From an uncultured Spirochaetales bacterium (GTDB taxonomy: Bacteria; Myxococcota_A; UBA9160; UBA6930), in contig CAYWRY010000001.1 in NCBI GenBank assembly GCA_964460485.1, positions 21,761 through 85,760 on the forward strand: a stretch of 64,000 nucleotides of DNA, read 5' to 3'. The notes under the pieces were generated by a model. That model searched no databases. It worked only from the letters and a program-made list of their open reading frames with translations, and had not been told where the DNA came from. The translations under genes were made by a program, and so were the position numbers. Of the stretch, positions 35,300-43,361 are shown one piece after another. Every line of letters starts with the position of its first letter. Position 1 is the stretch's first letter.

Positions 35300-36691
35300 G
35301 TGAGCGCCACGCTTCAGTTCCTCGGCGCCGCCGAGACCGTGACCGGCAGCCGGTTCCTGCTGCGCACGCGCCGCGCGCGCGTGCTGGTCGACTGCGGGCT
35401 GTTCCAGGGCCCGAAGGCGTTGCGCCTGCGCAACTGGGCGCCGTTCCCGATTCCGCCCCGCGAGCTCGACGCGGTCGTGCTCACGCACGCGCACGTCGAC
35501 CACGCGGGCTTCGTGCCGCGCCTGGTCGCGGAGGGGTTCCGCGGTCCCGTGTTCGCAACGCGCGGGACCGAGGCGCTCTGCGGTGTCGTGCTGCCGGACA
35601 GCGGGCGCCTGCACGAAGAGGACGCCAGCGTCGCCAACGCGGAGGGCTGGTCGCGGCACGCGCCCGCGCTGCCGCTCTACACCGAGGAGGATGCGCTGCG
35701 CGCGCTCGAGCGCTTCCGCCGCGTGGAGACGGATGCGTGGTTCGACGTCGCGCCCGGCGTGCGCGGCCGCTTCGCCCGCGCCGGCCACATCCTCGGGGCC
35801 GCGTCGCTCGTCCTGGAGGATGAGGCGTCCGGGCGGCGGGTTGGGTTCTCGGGAGACCTGGGTCGCCCCGCGCACCCGCTGCTCCGGCCGCCCGAGCCCA
35901 TGCCGCGCGTCGACGCGCTGGTGTGCGAGTCGACCTACGGCGACCGCAAGCACCCGCCCAGCGCGGAGGTGGTGGCGGCGCTCGGCGCCGCGATCGCGCG
36001 CACCGCGGCGCGCGGCGGGGTGACGCTGATCCCCGCGTTCGCCGTCGACCGCACCGAGGTCATGCTCCTCCACTTGCGCGAGCTCATGCAGAGCGGCGCC
36101 GCGCCGCGCCTACCGGTCTACGTGGACAGCCCGATGGCGCTCGCGGCGCTCGCCATCTACCGGCGCGCGATCTCCGAGCGCTGGCCCGAGATTCGCGCCG
36201 ATCTGCGGGGTGACGGGACGCTCTTCGATCCCGGCGACCTGCGCGAGGTGCGCACGCTGGCGCAGTCGCGCGAGCTGCAGGCCGGCGGCATCGGGCCGTG
36301 CATCATCGTGTCCGCCTCGGGCATGGCGACCGGCGGTCGCGTGCTGCGCCATCTGGCGCGGCACCTGCCCGACCCGCGTGCGAGCGTCGCGCTGGTCGGT
36401 TATCAGGTGCCCGGCACGCGCGGGCACCGGCTCTTGCGCGGCGAGCGCGCCGTCAAGATGCTGGGGCGCTACGTGCCCGTGCGCGCGGAGGTGGTGAACC
36501 TCGCCGGCTTCTCGGTGCACGCGGACGCGGACGAGACGCTCGCCTGGCTCGGCAGCGCCGAGGCCGCGCCGGAAATCTGCTACGCGGTGCATGGCGAGCC
36601 GGAGCCGACGCGCGCGCTGGCCGCGCGCATCGACGCCGAGCTCGGCTGGGCGGCGGTCGCGCCGCGCGATGGCGAGCGCGTGGGGATCTGA
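35300..36691 (+). CDS. MBL-fold beta-CASP family hydrolase (RNA-metabolising type)
   Basis: C-terminal 463 aa of ORF 33797..36691. GTG at 35300 follows GGAGG. Contains GSRFLL, THAHVDHAG, CESTYGD and FSVHADADE. Confidence 0.85.
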   Translation: MSATLQFLGAAETVTGSRFLLRTRRARVLVDCGLFQGPKALRLRNWAPFPIPPRELDAVVLTHAHVDHAGFVPRLVAEGFRGPVFATRGTEALCGVVLPDSGRLHEEDASVANAEGWSRHAPALPLYTEEDALRALERFRRVETDAWFDVAPGVRGRFARAGHILGAASLVLEDEASGRRVGFSGDLGRPAHPLLRPPEPMPRVDALVCESTYGDRKHPPSAEVVAALGAAIARTAARGGVTLIPAFAVDRTEVMLLHLRELMQSGAAPRLPVYVDSPMALAALAIYRRAISERWPEIRADLRGDGTLFDPGDLREVRTLAQSRELQAGGIGPCIIVSASGMATGGRVLRHLARHLPDPRASVALVGYQVPGTRGHRLLRGERAVKMLGRYVPVRAEVVNLAGFSVHADADETLAWLGSAEAAPEICYAVHGEPEPTRALAARIDAELGWAAVAPRDGERVGI

Positions 36692-36786
36692 GGACGCGGA
36701 GCGGCCGCGCTCGGTCAGCGCGCGCAGCTCACCGGCGGAGGCCCCGGGGCCGCACTGCTCGGCTCGCGCAGCGGCCGCCGCCGTGC

Positions 36787-37293
36787 TCACCGCCTCCACG
36801 TCACGCGCACGAGGTTTTCGCGCGACGAGGCCGGGACGCGCAGCGTGCCGCGGTGGGCGCGGCGGAGCGCAGCCCCGATCCCGCGCGCCAGCTTGGAGTC
36901 GGTGGTCGCGATCTCGAGGCCGTCGGCCGTCGCCTGGATCGACGCGATGCGCTTCAGCGGGTGCTCGGCGCGCTCGCGCTCTTCGACGTTGCGCGCCAGG
37001 TGCTCGAGCTCTTCGCGATGCTCGGCGACGTACGCACCATGCATCTCCACCACGCCCGCCGGATAGCCGTCCGCGATGCGCTTGCAGGCAGGGCACACCA
37101 CCGGCGCCGCGTCGGCCGGAGCCGCCCCCCAGGCCCAGCGCCCGTTCCGGTAGATCGCGCGGCACTCGCTGCACGCGCTCGGGTCGGGAAGCTTGCGCCG
37201 CAGCGCATAGGGGTCCGAGCGCAGGGGCTTCTTCTGCGCATCCTGGCGCGGCAGGGATCCGGCAGCGTGAGTCTTCGAGCGTTGGCGTCGCAT
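36787..37293 (-). CDS. small Cys-cluster protein (CxxC...CxxC), BCAM0308-like
   Basis: C-terminal 168 aa of ORF 36787..37452. GAGGAGGA lies upstream of the ATG at 37293. CSECRAIYRNGRWAW...VCPACKRIADGYPAGVVEM. The family name is from memory of an NCBI label and needs checking. Confidence 0.65.
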   Translation of the reverse strand: MRRQRSKTHAAGSLPRQDAQKKPLRSDPYALRRKLPDPSACSECRAIYRNGRWAWGAAPADAAPVVCPACKRIADGYPAGVVEMHGAYVAEHREELEHLARNVEERERAEHPLKRIASIQATADGLEIATTDSKLARGIGAALRRAHRGTLRVPASSRENLVRVTWRR

Positions 37294-37316
37294 GGGTCCT
37301 CCTCGGGCGGAGAGAA

Positions 37317-37332
37317 TGCACGGCCCGTACCG
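37317..37332 (-). promoter_or_regulatory. sigma-54 promoter candidate for the BCAM0308-like gene
   Basis: Minus strand reads CGGTACGGGCCGTGCA with exact spacing. There are 24 nt to the ATG at 37293. Confidence 0.45.
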
Positions 37333-37450
37333 CGGGCGCTGGGCGGGCCCCGCCCGGTGGTGCCGCCGCGCGGCGGGCGGCGTTCGGGCCCCTGCGCGGC
37401 GCCCCGCACGGTGTTTGATTGCCGCGGAGCGCCGGCCCATAGTTCGAGCC

Positions 37451-38695
37451 ATGAACTTCGATCGCGAGTCCCTCCTCGCGTTCTACGAGCTCAGCGACAC
37501 GGAGATCGCCCGCCTCGCCGAGCTGCGGCCGATGCTCGAGAAGCGTGCCGACAGCTTGGTCGCCGCCTTCTACCGGCACCTGCTGGGCTTCCCCGAGACG
37601 CGCAAGCTGCTGCGCGATCCGCGGGTCACCGAGCGGCTGCTGGGGGAGCAGAAGCGCTACCTGCTGAGCCTCGCCTCGCCCACGATCGACGACGCGTACC
37701 TGGAGCAGAGACGCCAGATCGGCGTGGCGCACGAGCGCATCGGGCTCGCGCCGACCTGGTACCTGGGCGCCTATTCGCTCTACGAGGCGCTGCTCGTCCC
37801 CATCTTGCTCGAGGAGTACTCATCGAACCTGGAGCGCGCCCGCGGGCTGCTCATGACCCTGCGGCGGCGGCTGCATCTCGACGCGGCGCTCGCGCTCGAG
37901 ACCTACGTGGACCGTCGCGAGCGGGATCTCGAGTACCTGAACCAGCAGCTTGCCGAGGCGAGCCGCAAGCTCGCGCGCGACCTCGAGAGCACCGGCGTCG
38001 AGCTGCGCTCGAGCCGCGCGCGGGCGCAGGCGGCCGAGCGGCTCGCCTCGATCGGCACCCTCGTCGCCGGCCTCGCCCACGAGATCGGCACGCCCATGGG
38101 CGTGATCCAGGGCCACGCCAAGCTGCTCGAGAACGCCGTGCAGGACGAGAGCGGGCGCTGGCGCCTGCGGACGATTCAGGCACAGATCTCGCGGATCGCG
38201 CGGATCATGGAGAGCCTGCTCAACATGGCGCGGCCCTCCGCGCGGCGTACCCGCGTCCTGGTTGCGCTGCCGGCGGTGCTCGACAACACGCTGGCTTTCC
38301 TGACGGAGCGGCTCACGCGGCGGCGCGTCGAGGTGGTGCGCGACTACGCCGAGACGCCGTCGATCCGCGCCGACCCCGAGGCGCTCCAGCAGATCTTCCT
38401 GAACCTGGTGATGAACGCGATCGACGCCATGCCAAGCGGCGGAGAGCTGCGCGTCTCGATCGCCCCGATCGAGGCCGGCGCGGAGGTGCGCATCGCGGAC
38501 AACGGGAGCGGCATGCCCCCCGAGGCGCGCGAGCGGATCTTCGACCCGTTCTTCACGACGAAGGAGGCCGGCCAGGGCCACGGGCTCGGCCTCGCGGTCG
38601 CCCAAGGCATCGCCCACGACCACGGCGGCGAAATCACCCTGGTCCGCTCCGGCCCGGGCGGCACCGAGTTTCGCGTCACGCTCGCGGCTGAGTGA
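37451..38695 (+). CDS. globin-coupled (protoglobin domain) sensor histidine kinase, cytoplasmic
   Basis: C-terminal 414 aa of ORF 37292..38695. The N-terminal sensor-globin pattern includes the proximal-His region RRQIGVAHERIGLAPTWYLGAY. This is followed by a coiled coil, H-box LAHEIGTP, N-box NLVMNAIDAM and G-boxes DNGSGM and GHGLGL. Confidence 0.85.
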   Translation: MNFDRESLLAFYELSDTEIARLAELRPMLEKRADSLVAAFYRHLLGFPETRKLLRDPRVTERLLGEQKRYLLSLASPTIDDAYLEQRRQIGVAHERIGLAPTWYLGAYSLYEALLVPILLEEYSSNLERARGLLMTLRRRLHLDAALALETYVDRRERDLEYLNQQLAEASRKLARDLESTGVELRSSRARAQAAERLASIGTLVAGLAHEIGTPMGVIQGHAKLLENAVQDESGRWRLRTIQAQISRIARIMESLLNMARPSARRTRVLVALPAVLDNTLAFLTERLTRRRVEVVRDYAETPSIRADPEALQQIFLNLVMNAIDAMPSGGELRVSIAPIEAGAEVRIADNGSGMPPEARERIFDPFFTTKEAGQGHGLGLAVAQGIAHDHGGEITLVRSGPGGTEFRVTLAAE

Positions 38696-38798
38696 GCGGG
38701 GGACCCGGGGCTGGGGCACGGCGTCGCCGCCCGCGGCGTGATGTGGTGCAGAATGCCTCGCAACGGGAGGTTCGAGGTGCCGCATCGGCTGGCGCCAT

Positions 38799-38814
38799 TG
38801 GCATGAAGCCTGCT
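38799..38814 (+). promoter_or_regulatory. sigma-54 promoter candidate for the activator gene itself
   Basis: TGGCATGAAGCCTGCT. There are 15 nt between the GC and the ATG at 38829, so the leader is predicted to be very short. Implies autoregulation. Confidence 0.6.
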
Positions 38815-38828
38815 CCAACTAGAACCGC

Positions 38829-40238
38829 ATGCGACACACGGCTCAGATCCTCATCGTCGACGATGACCGCGCCATGCGCGAAATGCTTGCCTCGCTGTTC
38901 AAGGAGCGCGGGCTCTGGGTGGAAGAGGCGAGCTCCGCTCGCGCTGCACTCGAGCTCGCGGCGGAGCGCGAGTTCGACGTGGTGCTCTCCGACATCCGCA
39001 TGCCCGGCCTCTCGGGCATCGAGCTGGTGGGACAGCTGCGCCGGCTGCGTCCCAACACGCCGGTCGTGCTGATGACGGCATTCGGCACGATCGACTCGGC
39101 GGTCGAGGCGATGCGCGCGGGCGCCTTCGACTACATCACCAAGCCCTTCGAGCCGGAAGCGGTGAGCTTCGCCGTGGATCGCGCCATCGAGCGCGCGGCC
39201 CTGGCGCGCGAGAACGAGACGCTGCGGCGCGCGGTGCAGACCACCGGCGAGCTGGGCGAGTTGATCGGCTCGAGCGCTGCGATGCGCGACATCATCGCGC
39301 TGATCCAGCGCGTGGGTCACAGCCGCGCGAGCGTGCTGATCACGGGCGAGAGCGGCACGGGAAAGGAGGTGATCGCGCGGACGCTGCACTTCCACGGCGC
39401 GCGTCGCGAGATGCCGTTCGTGCCGATCAACTGCACGGCGATTCCCGAGGGCCTGCTCGAGAGCGAGCTGTTCGGTCACGTGCGCGGCGCCTTCACCGGC
39501 GCGCACACCAACAAGCGCGGCCTGTTCGAGAAGGCCAATGGCGGGACGCTGTTCCTCGACGAGGTCGGCGACATGGGCCTCGCGCTCCAGGGCAAGCTGC
39601 TGCGCGTGCTCCAGGATCGCGAGATCCGGCCGGTGGGCGGTACCCAGACGATCAAGGTGGACGTGCGCATCATCGCGGCCACCAACAAGGACCTGCCCGC
39701 CGAGATCGCCGCCGGGCGTTTCCGCGAGGACCTGTTCTACCGGCTGAACGTCGTGCCCATCCACGTCCCGCCCCTGCGCGAGCGCACCGACGACATCCCG
39801 GCGCTGGTGGAGGCCTTCCTGCGGCGCCACGGCGAGGGGCGCAAGCGCTTCGTCTCCGCCGAGGCGATGGCCGTGCTGCGCGCGCAGCCGTGGCGCGGCA
39901 ACGCCCGCGAGCTGGAGAACACGATCGAGCGCGCGATCGCGCTGACGGACGTGGAGACGCTGGGCCCCGCCGACATCCCGCTGCCGGCGAGCACCGGGGG
40001 TCCGCCCGCGACAGGAGCCTCCGCAGGAGCGCCGGTGGATCTCGACACCCTGCTGCGCGCTGCGGCGGCGCGCGGCACGAGCCTGCGCGACCTCGACGAG
40101 AAGTACACGGCCATCGTGCTCGCCCACACGGGGGGCAACAAGGTGCGCGCGTCGCAGATCCTCGGCATCGACCGGAAGACGCTCTACCGTCGCGCCGAGC
40201 GCCGCGCCCGCGAAGAGGGCGCGAGCGACGAGGAGTGA
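38829..40238 (+). CDS. sigma-54-dependent response regulator (NtrC family: REC-AAA+-HTH)
   Basis: Full ORF, 469 aa. REC domain ILIVDDD...SDIRMPG, Walker A GESGTGKE, the sigma-54 contact loop GAFTGA, FLDEVG and a C-terminal Fis-type HTH NKVRASQILGIDRKTLYRR. Confidence 0.92.
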   Translation: MRHTAQILIVDDDRAMREMLASLFKERGLWVEEASSARAALELAAEREFDVVLSDIRMPGLSGIELVGQLRRLRPNTPVVLMTAFGTIDSAVEAMRAGAFDYITKPFEPEAVSFAVDRAIERAALARENETLRRAVQTTGELGELIGSSAAMRDIIALIQRVGHSRASVLITGESGTGKEVIARTLHFHGARREMPFVPINCTAIPEGLLESELFGHVRGAFTGAHTNKRGLFEKANGGTLFLDEVGDMGLALQGKLLRVLQDREIRPVGGTQTIKVDVRIIAATNKDLPAEIAAGRFREDLFYRLNVVPIHVPPLRERTDDIPALVEAFLRRHGEGRKRFVSAEAMAVLRAQPWRGNARELENTIERAIALTDVETLGPADIPLPASTGGPPATGASAGAPVDLDTLLRAAAARGTSLRDLDEKYTAIVLAHTGGNKVRASQILGIDRKTLYRRAERRAREEGASDEE

Positions 40239-40241
40239 CGC

Positions 40242-41126
40242 GTGAAGAGCCCCCGCAAGATCCTGGTGGCGACCGACTTCTCCGCCGGCGCCGAGCGCGC
40301 GTTGGACACGGCGCTCGCGCTCGCCGCTCCAGCGAAGGGCGAAGTGCACGTGGTGCACGCGCTCGAGATCCCGCTGCCGATGTTCGAGCCCTACGCGGTC
40401 GCGCTTCCGCCGGAGCTGATCGGCGCCGCCCGCAAGACGGCGCAAGAGAAGCTCGCCGCGGCCGGCGAGAAGGTGCGCGCGCGCGGTCTCACCGGCACGA
40501 CCTTCCTCGGCGAGGTGCCGGCTTCGATGTGCGTCGCCGAGCGCGCCAAGGCAATCGGCGCGGATCTGGCGGTGATCGGCACCCACGGCCACACCGGCTT
40601 CAAGCGCTTCCTGCTCGGCAGCGTCGCGGAGCGCACGGTGAAGGAATCTCCGGTCTCGGTGCTCACGGTGAAGGGCGAGGGGCGCGCCGAGGCGCCCAAG
40701 ACGATCGTGATCGGCGTCGACTTCTCGAAGCACTCCCAGGAAGCCGTGGAGCTGGCCGCGGACTGGGCGCGGGCGTTCGGCGCGACTCTCTACCTGGTGC
40801 ACGGCCTCGAGCTGCGCATGCCGTTCGTCACTCCGTACGAGGTATCGGTGCCGGACGCGCTCATCGACGCCGCCTACGCGGAGGGCAAGAAGCGCCTCCA
40901 GGAGCTGGCCGGGAAGCTCACGGGCGTGAACGTGCGCACGGAGCTCGCGAGCGCACCCGCCCACGCGGCCCTCGACGGCGTGGCAGAACGCGTCCGCGCG
41001 GACTTGATCGTGACCGGCTCGCGCGGCCTCGGCGGCATCAAGCATGCGGTGCTCGGCAGCGTCGCGGAGCGCACGCTGCGCCACGCGCCGTGCAGCGTGC
41101 TCACGGTGAAGTCGCACATCGGGTGA
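40242..41126 (+). CDS. tandem universal stress protein (paralog of 3623..4507)
   Basis: Full ORF, 294 aa. GTG is 4 nt after the activator stop. Roughly 60% identical by eye to 3623..4507 and the same length. Confidence 0.9.
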   Translation: MKSPRKILVATDFSAGAERALDTALALAAPAKGEVHVVHALEIPLPMFEPYAVALPPELIGAARKTAQEKLAAAGEKVRARGLTGTTFLGEVPASMCVAERAKAIGADLAVIGTHGHTGFKRFLLGSVAERTVKESPVSVLTVKGEGRAEAPKTIVIGVDFSKHSQEAVELAADWARAFGATLYLVHGLELRMPFVTPYEVSVPDALIDAAYAEGKKRLQELAGKLTGVNVRTELASAPAHAALDGVAERVRADLIVTGSRGLGGIKHAVLGSVAERTLRHAPCSVLTVKSHIG

Positions 41127-41215
41127 CGCGGCGCCGCTCGCGCGGCGGCGAGGCGAAGCATGGGGATCGGTGAGGCGCCGCGAATCCGGCTCGCCGCTCG
41201 CGCCGGCGCGCGCTG

Positions 41216-42808
41216 ATGAGTGCGCTGAGCCAAGTGGGATCGATGCTCGCGCTCGGCGTGGCGCTGCTGCTGTTCGGGATGTGGCTGCTGCGCGAGGGGA
41301 TGCGCGAGTTCGCCGGCGCGCGGCTCCAGCGCTGGCTCACGCGCGTGACCCAGAGCCCACTGCGCGGCGCGCTGGCCGGGGCGGCCGCCACGGCGGCGGT
41401 GCAGTCGTCGAGCGCGACGATCGTCACGGCGATCGGCTTCGCGAGCACGGGTCTACTCGAGTTCTCGCAGGCGCTCGGGATCGTCTTCGGCGCGAACGTC
41501 GGCACGACGCTGACCGGCTGGCTGGTGCTCGCCGTCGGGATCCGCTGGAAGCTCGTCTTCGCAGCGCCGCTGCTCGCCCTCGTGGGCGTCTGGCTGCATC
41601 TCTATGCCCAGCGCCGCCTCGCCAGCGCCGGCCGCGTGATCGGCGGACTCGCGCTCGCGCTGCTCGGCATCGAGGCGCTCGGCAGCGCCCTCTCCGGAGA
41701 CGCGGTGGCGAGCGCACTCGCGGCAGTTCCGGGCGACTCCCTCGGCTCCCGGCTCGCGCTGGTCGCCATCGGCACCGGGATCACGCTGGTCGCGCAGTCC
41801 TCCTCGGCGGGCGTGGCCGCGGCGCTCGCGGCCGTGCATGCGGGGGCGCTCGACCTCGGCCAGGCCGCCGCGGTGGTGATCGGCTTCGACCTCGGCACGA
41901 CGGGCAGCGCCGTGCTCGCCTCGCTGCGCGGCTCGCTCGCCGCGCGCCGCACCAGCTTCGCGCACGTGATCTTCAACGTGTTCACCGCGCTGGGCGCGCT
42001 GCTGCTGCTGCCCGCGCTTTCCGTGCTGCTCGCGGCCCTTGCGCGCAGCGGGCACGCGCTGTCCCCGGAGGTCGCGCTCGTGGCCTTCCACTCGACCTTC
42101 AACCTGGCCGGCGCGGCCGCGGCGATCCCGCTGGCGGGCCCGTTCGCCGCGCTCGTCGAGCGTCTCGTCCCCGAGCGGCGGCGCACGCTCACGCGCCGGC
42201 TCGACGCGCGGCTGCTGCGGGAGCCCGACGTCGCCCTCGACGCGGCGTCGGCGACGCTCGGCGAGATCGCGCTCCAGGCGTTCGCGCGGCTCGAGGGCAT
42301 GCTCGCCGGAACGCCGTGCGATCCCGGCGAGATCGAGCTGCTCGAGAGCGCGCTCGTGGAGACCCAGCAGTTCGTGGCCCGGATCCGGTGTGAGGCGAGC
42401 GAGGCGCAGGCGCTCGTCTCCGCGCTGCACGCCGTCGACGAGCTGCACCGCCTGCTCGATCGCATGCAGCAGGAGGGACGCGTCGCGCCCTTCGCCGAGG
42501 ACGCCGAGCTGGCGGGGCGTGCGCGCGCGCTTTCGGCTGCGCTGCCCCGGCCCCTGGAGGCGCGCGAGCGCGCCGAGGGCGGAGTGGAGCGCGCCGCCGC
42601 CGAGCTCGCCGCGGAGCGCAGCGCTCACCGCGAGCGCATCCTCGCGGCGGCCAGTCGCGGCGAGCTCACGCCCGCGGCGGCCCTCGACCGCATGGACAGC
42701 TGGCGCTGGCTGGAGCGTTGCGCTCACCACGCGTGGCGGATCGTCCACCACATTGGCCGAGTCGGCGCCTCGAGCGGCGCCGAGCGCGAGCCCGCAGAGC
42801 CCTCTTGA
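41216..42808 (+). CDS. Na/Pi cotransporter family protein with PhoU-like C-terminal region
   Basis: Full ORF, 530 aa. Repeated QSSSAT/QSSSAG motifs, GANVGTT/GFDLGTT and multiple TM segments. Confidence 0.85.
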   Translation: MSALSQVGSMLALGVALLLFGMWLLREGMREFAGARLQRWLTRVTQSPLRGALAGAAATAAVQSSSATIVTAIGFASTGLLEFSQALGIVFGANVGTTLTGWLVLAVGIRWKLVFAAPLLALVGVWLHLYAQRRLASAGRVIGGLALALLGIEALGSALSGDAVASALAAVPGDSLGSRLALVAIGTGITLVAQSSSAGVAAALAAVHAGALDLGQAAAVVIGFDLGTTGSAVLASLRGSLAARRTSFAHVIFNVFTALGALLLLPALSVLLAALARSGHALSPEVALVAFHSTFNLAGAAAAIPLAGPFAALVERLVPERRRTLTRRLDARLLREPDVALDAASATLGEIALQAFARLEGMLAGTPCDPGEIELLESALVETQQFVARIRCEASEAQALVSALHAVDELHRLLDRMQQEGRVAPFAEDAELAGRARALSAALPRPLEARERAEGGVERAAAELAAERSAHRERILAAASRGELTPAAALDRMDSWRWLERCAHHAWRIVHHIGRVGASSGAEREPAEPS

Positions 42809-42851
42809 GCCGCGCGTGGCGCGCGCCGGCTGCGCCCGCGAGCGCATCGCC

Positions 42852-42867
42852 GGGCACGCCTCGTGCA
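42852..42867 (+). promoter_or_regulatory. sigma-54 promoter candidate for the second hsp20
   Basis: GGGCACGCCTCGTGCA. There are 39 nt to the ATG at 42906, with GAGGAGG in between. Very similar to the usp site at 3581..3596. Confidence 0.6.
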
Positions 42868-42905
42868 CTCGGATCGCAGTGCAAGAAGCGTACGAGGAGG
42901 CGTCC

Positions 42906-43361
42906 ATGGCCGAGAGCAGGCGGCCCGGTGTTGCGACGCACGGGCCCGCCAGAGTCGACCCACCGGCGGAGGGCGCGGGCGCGCGAGTCTATCCCCGCGA
43001 GTTCCTGGAGGCGTTCTGGGGCCACGGCGGGCGGGAGTTGCCCGTACTCGACGTGTGCGAGGGCGAGGACGGCTACGTCGTGAGCGCCGAGCTGCCCGGC
43101 GTGAGCCGCGAGGACGTGACCGTCGAGGTGCTCGGGCACGTGCTCACGATCCGGGGCGAGAAGAAGCGTGCGTGCGAGCGGGAGGCCGAACGCTGCCGCG
43201 TCGTCGAGCGCACGTTCGGCGCGTTCTCGCGCAGCTTCACGCTGCCCGCGGACGCGAACGCAGAGCGCATCTCCGCCACGCTCGAGCACGGTGTGCTGAC
43301 CGTGACGGTGGCCAAGCAATGCGAGCGGGCGCCGCGCGTGATCGAGGTCGGCTCGAGCTGA
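42906..43361 (+). CDS. Hsp20/alpha-crystallin small heat-shock protein (second copy)
   Basis: C-terminal 151 aa of ORF 42039..43361. LDVCEGEDGYVVSAELPGVSREDVTVEVLGHVLTIRGEKK...FSRSFTLPADANAERISATLEHGVLTVTV. Confidence 0.9.
   Translation: MAESRRPGVATHGPARVDPPAEGAGARVYPREFLEAFWGHGGRELPVLDVCEGEDGYVVSAELPGVSREDVTVEVLGHVLTIRGEKKRACEREAERCRVVERTFGAFSRSFTLPADANAERISATLEHGVLTVTVAKQCERAPRVIEVGSS

Noticed and set aside
36699-36712. The GAGCGGCCGCGCTC palindrome between the convergent beta-CASP and BCAM0308-like genes, considered as a terminator.
   Set aside because: It has only a 5-bp stem and a 4-nt loop with no U tract. Such GC palindromes are common in this DNA.
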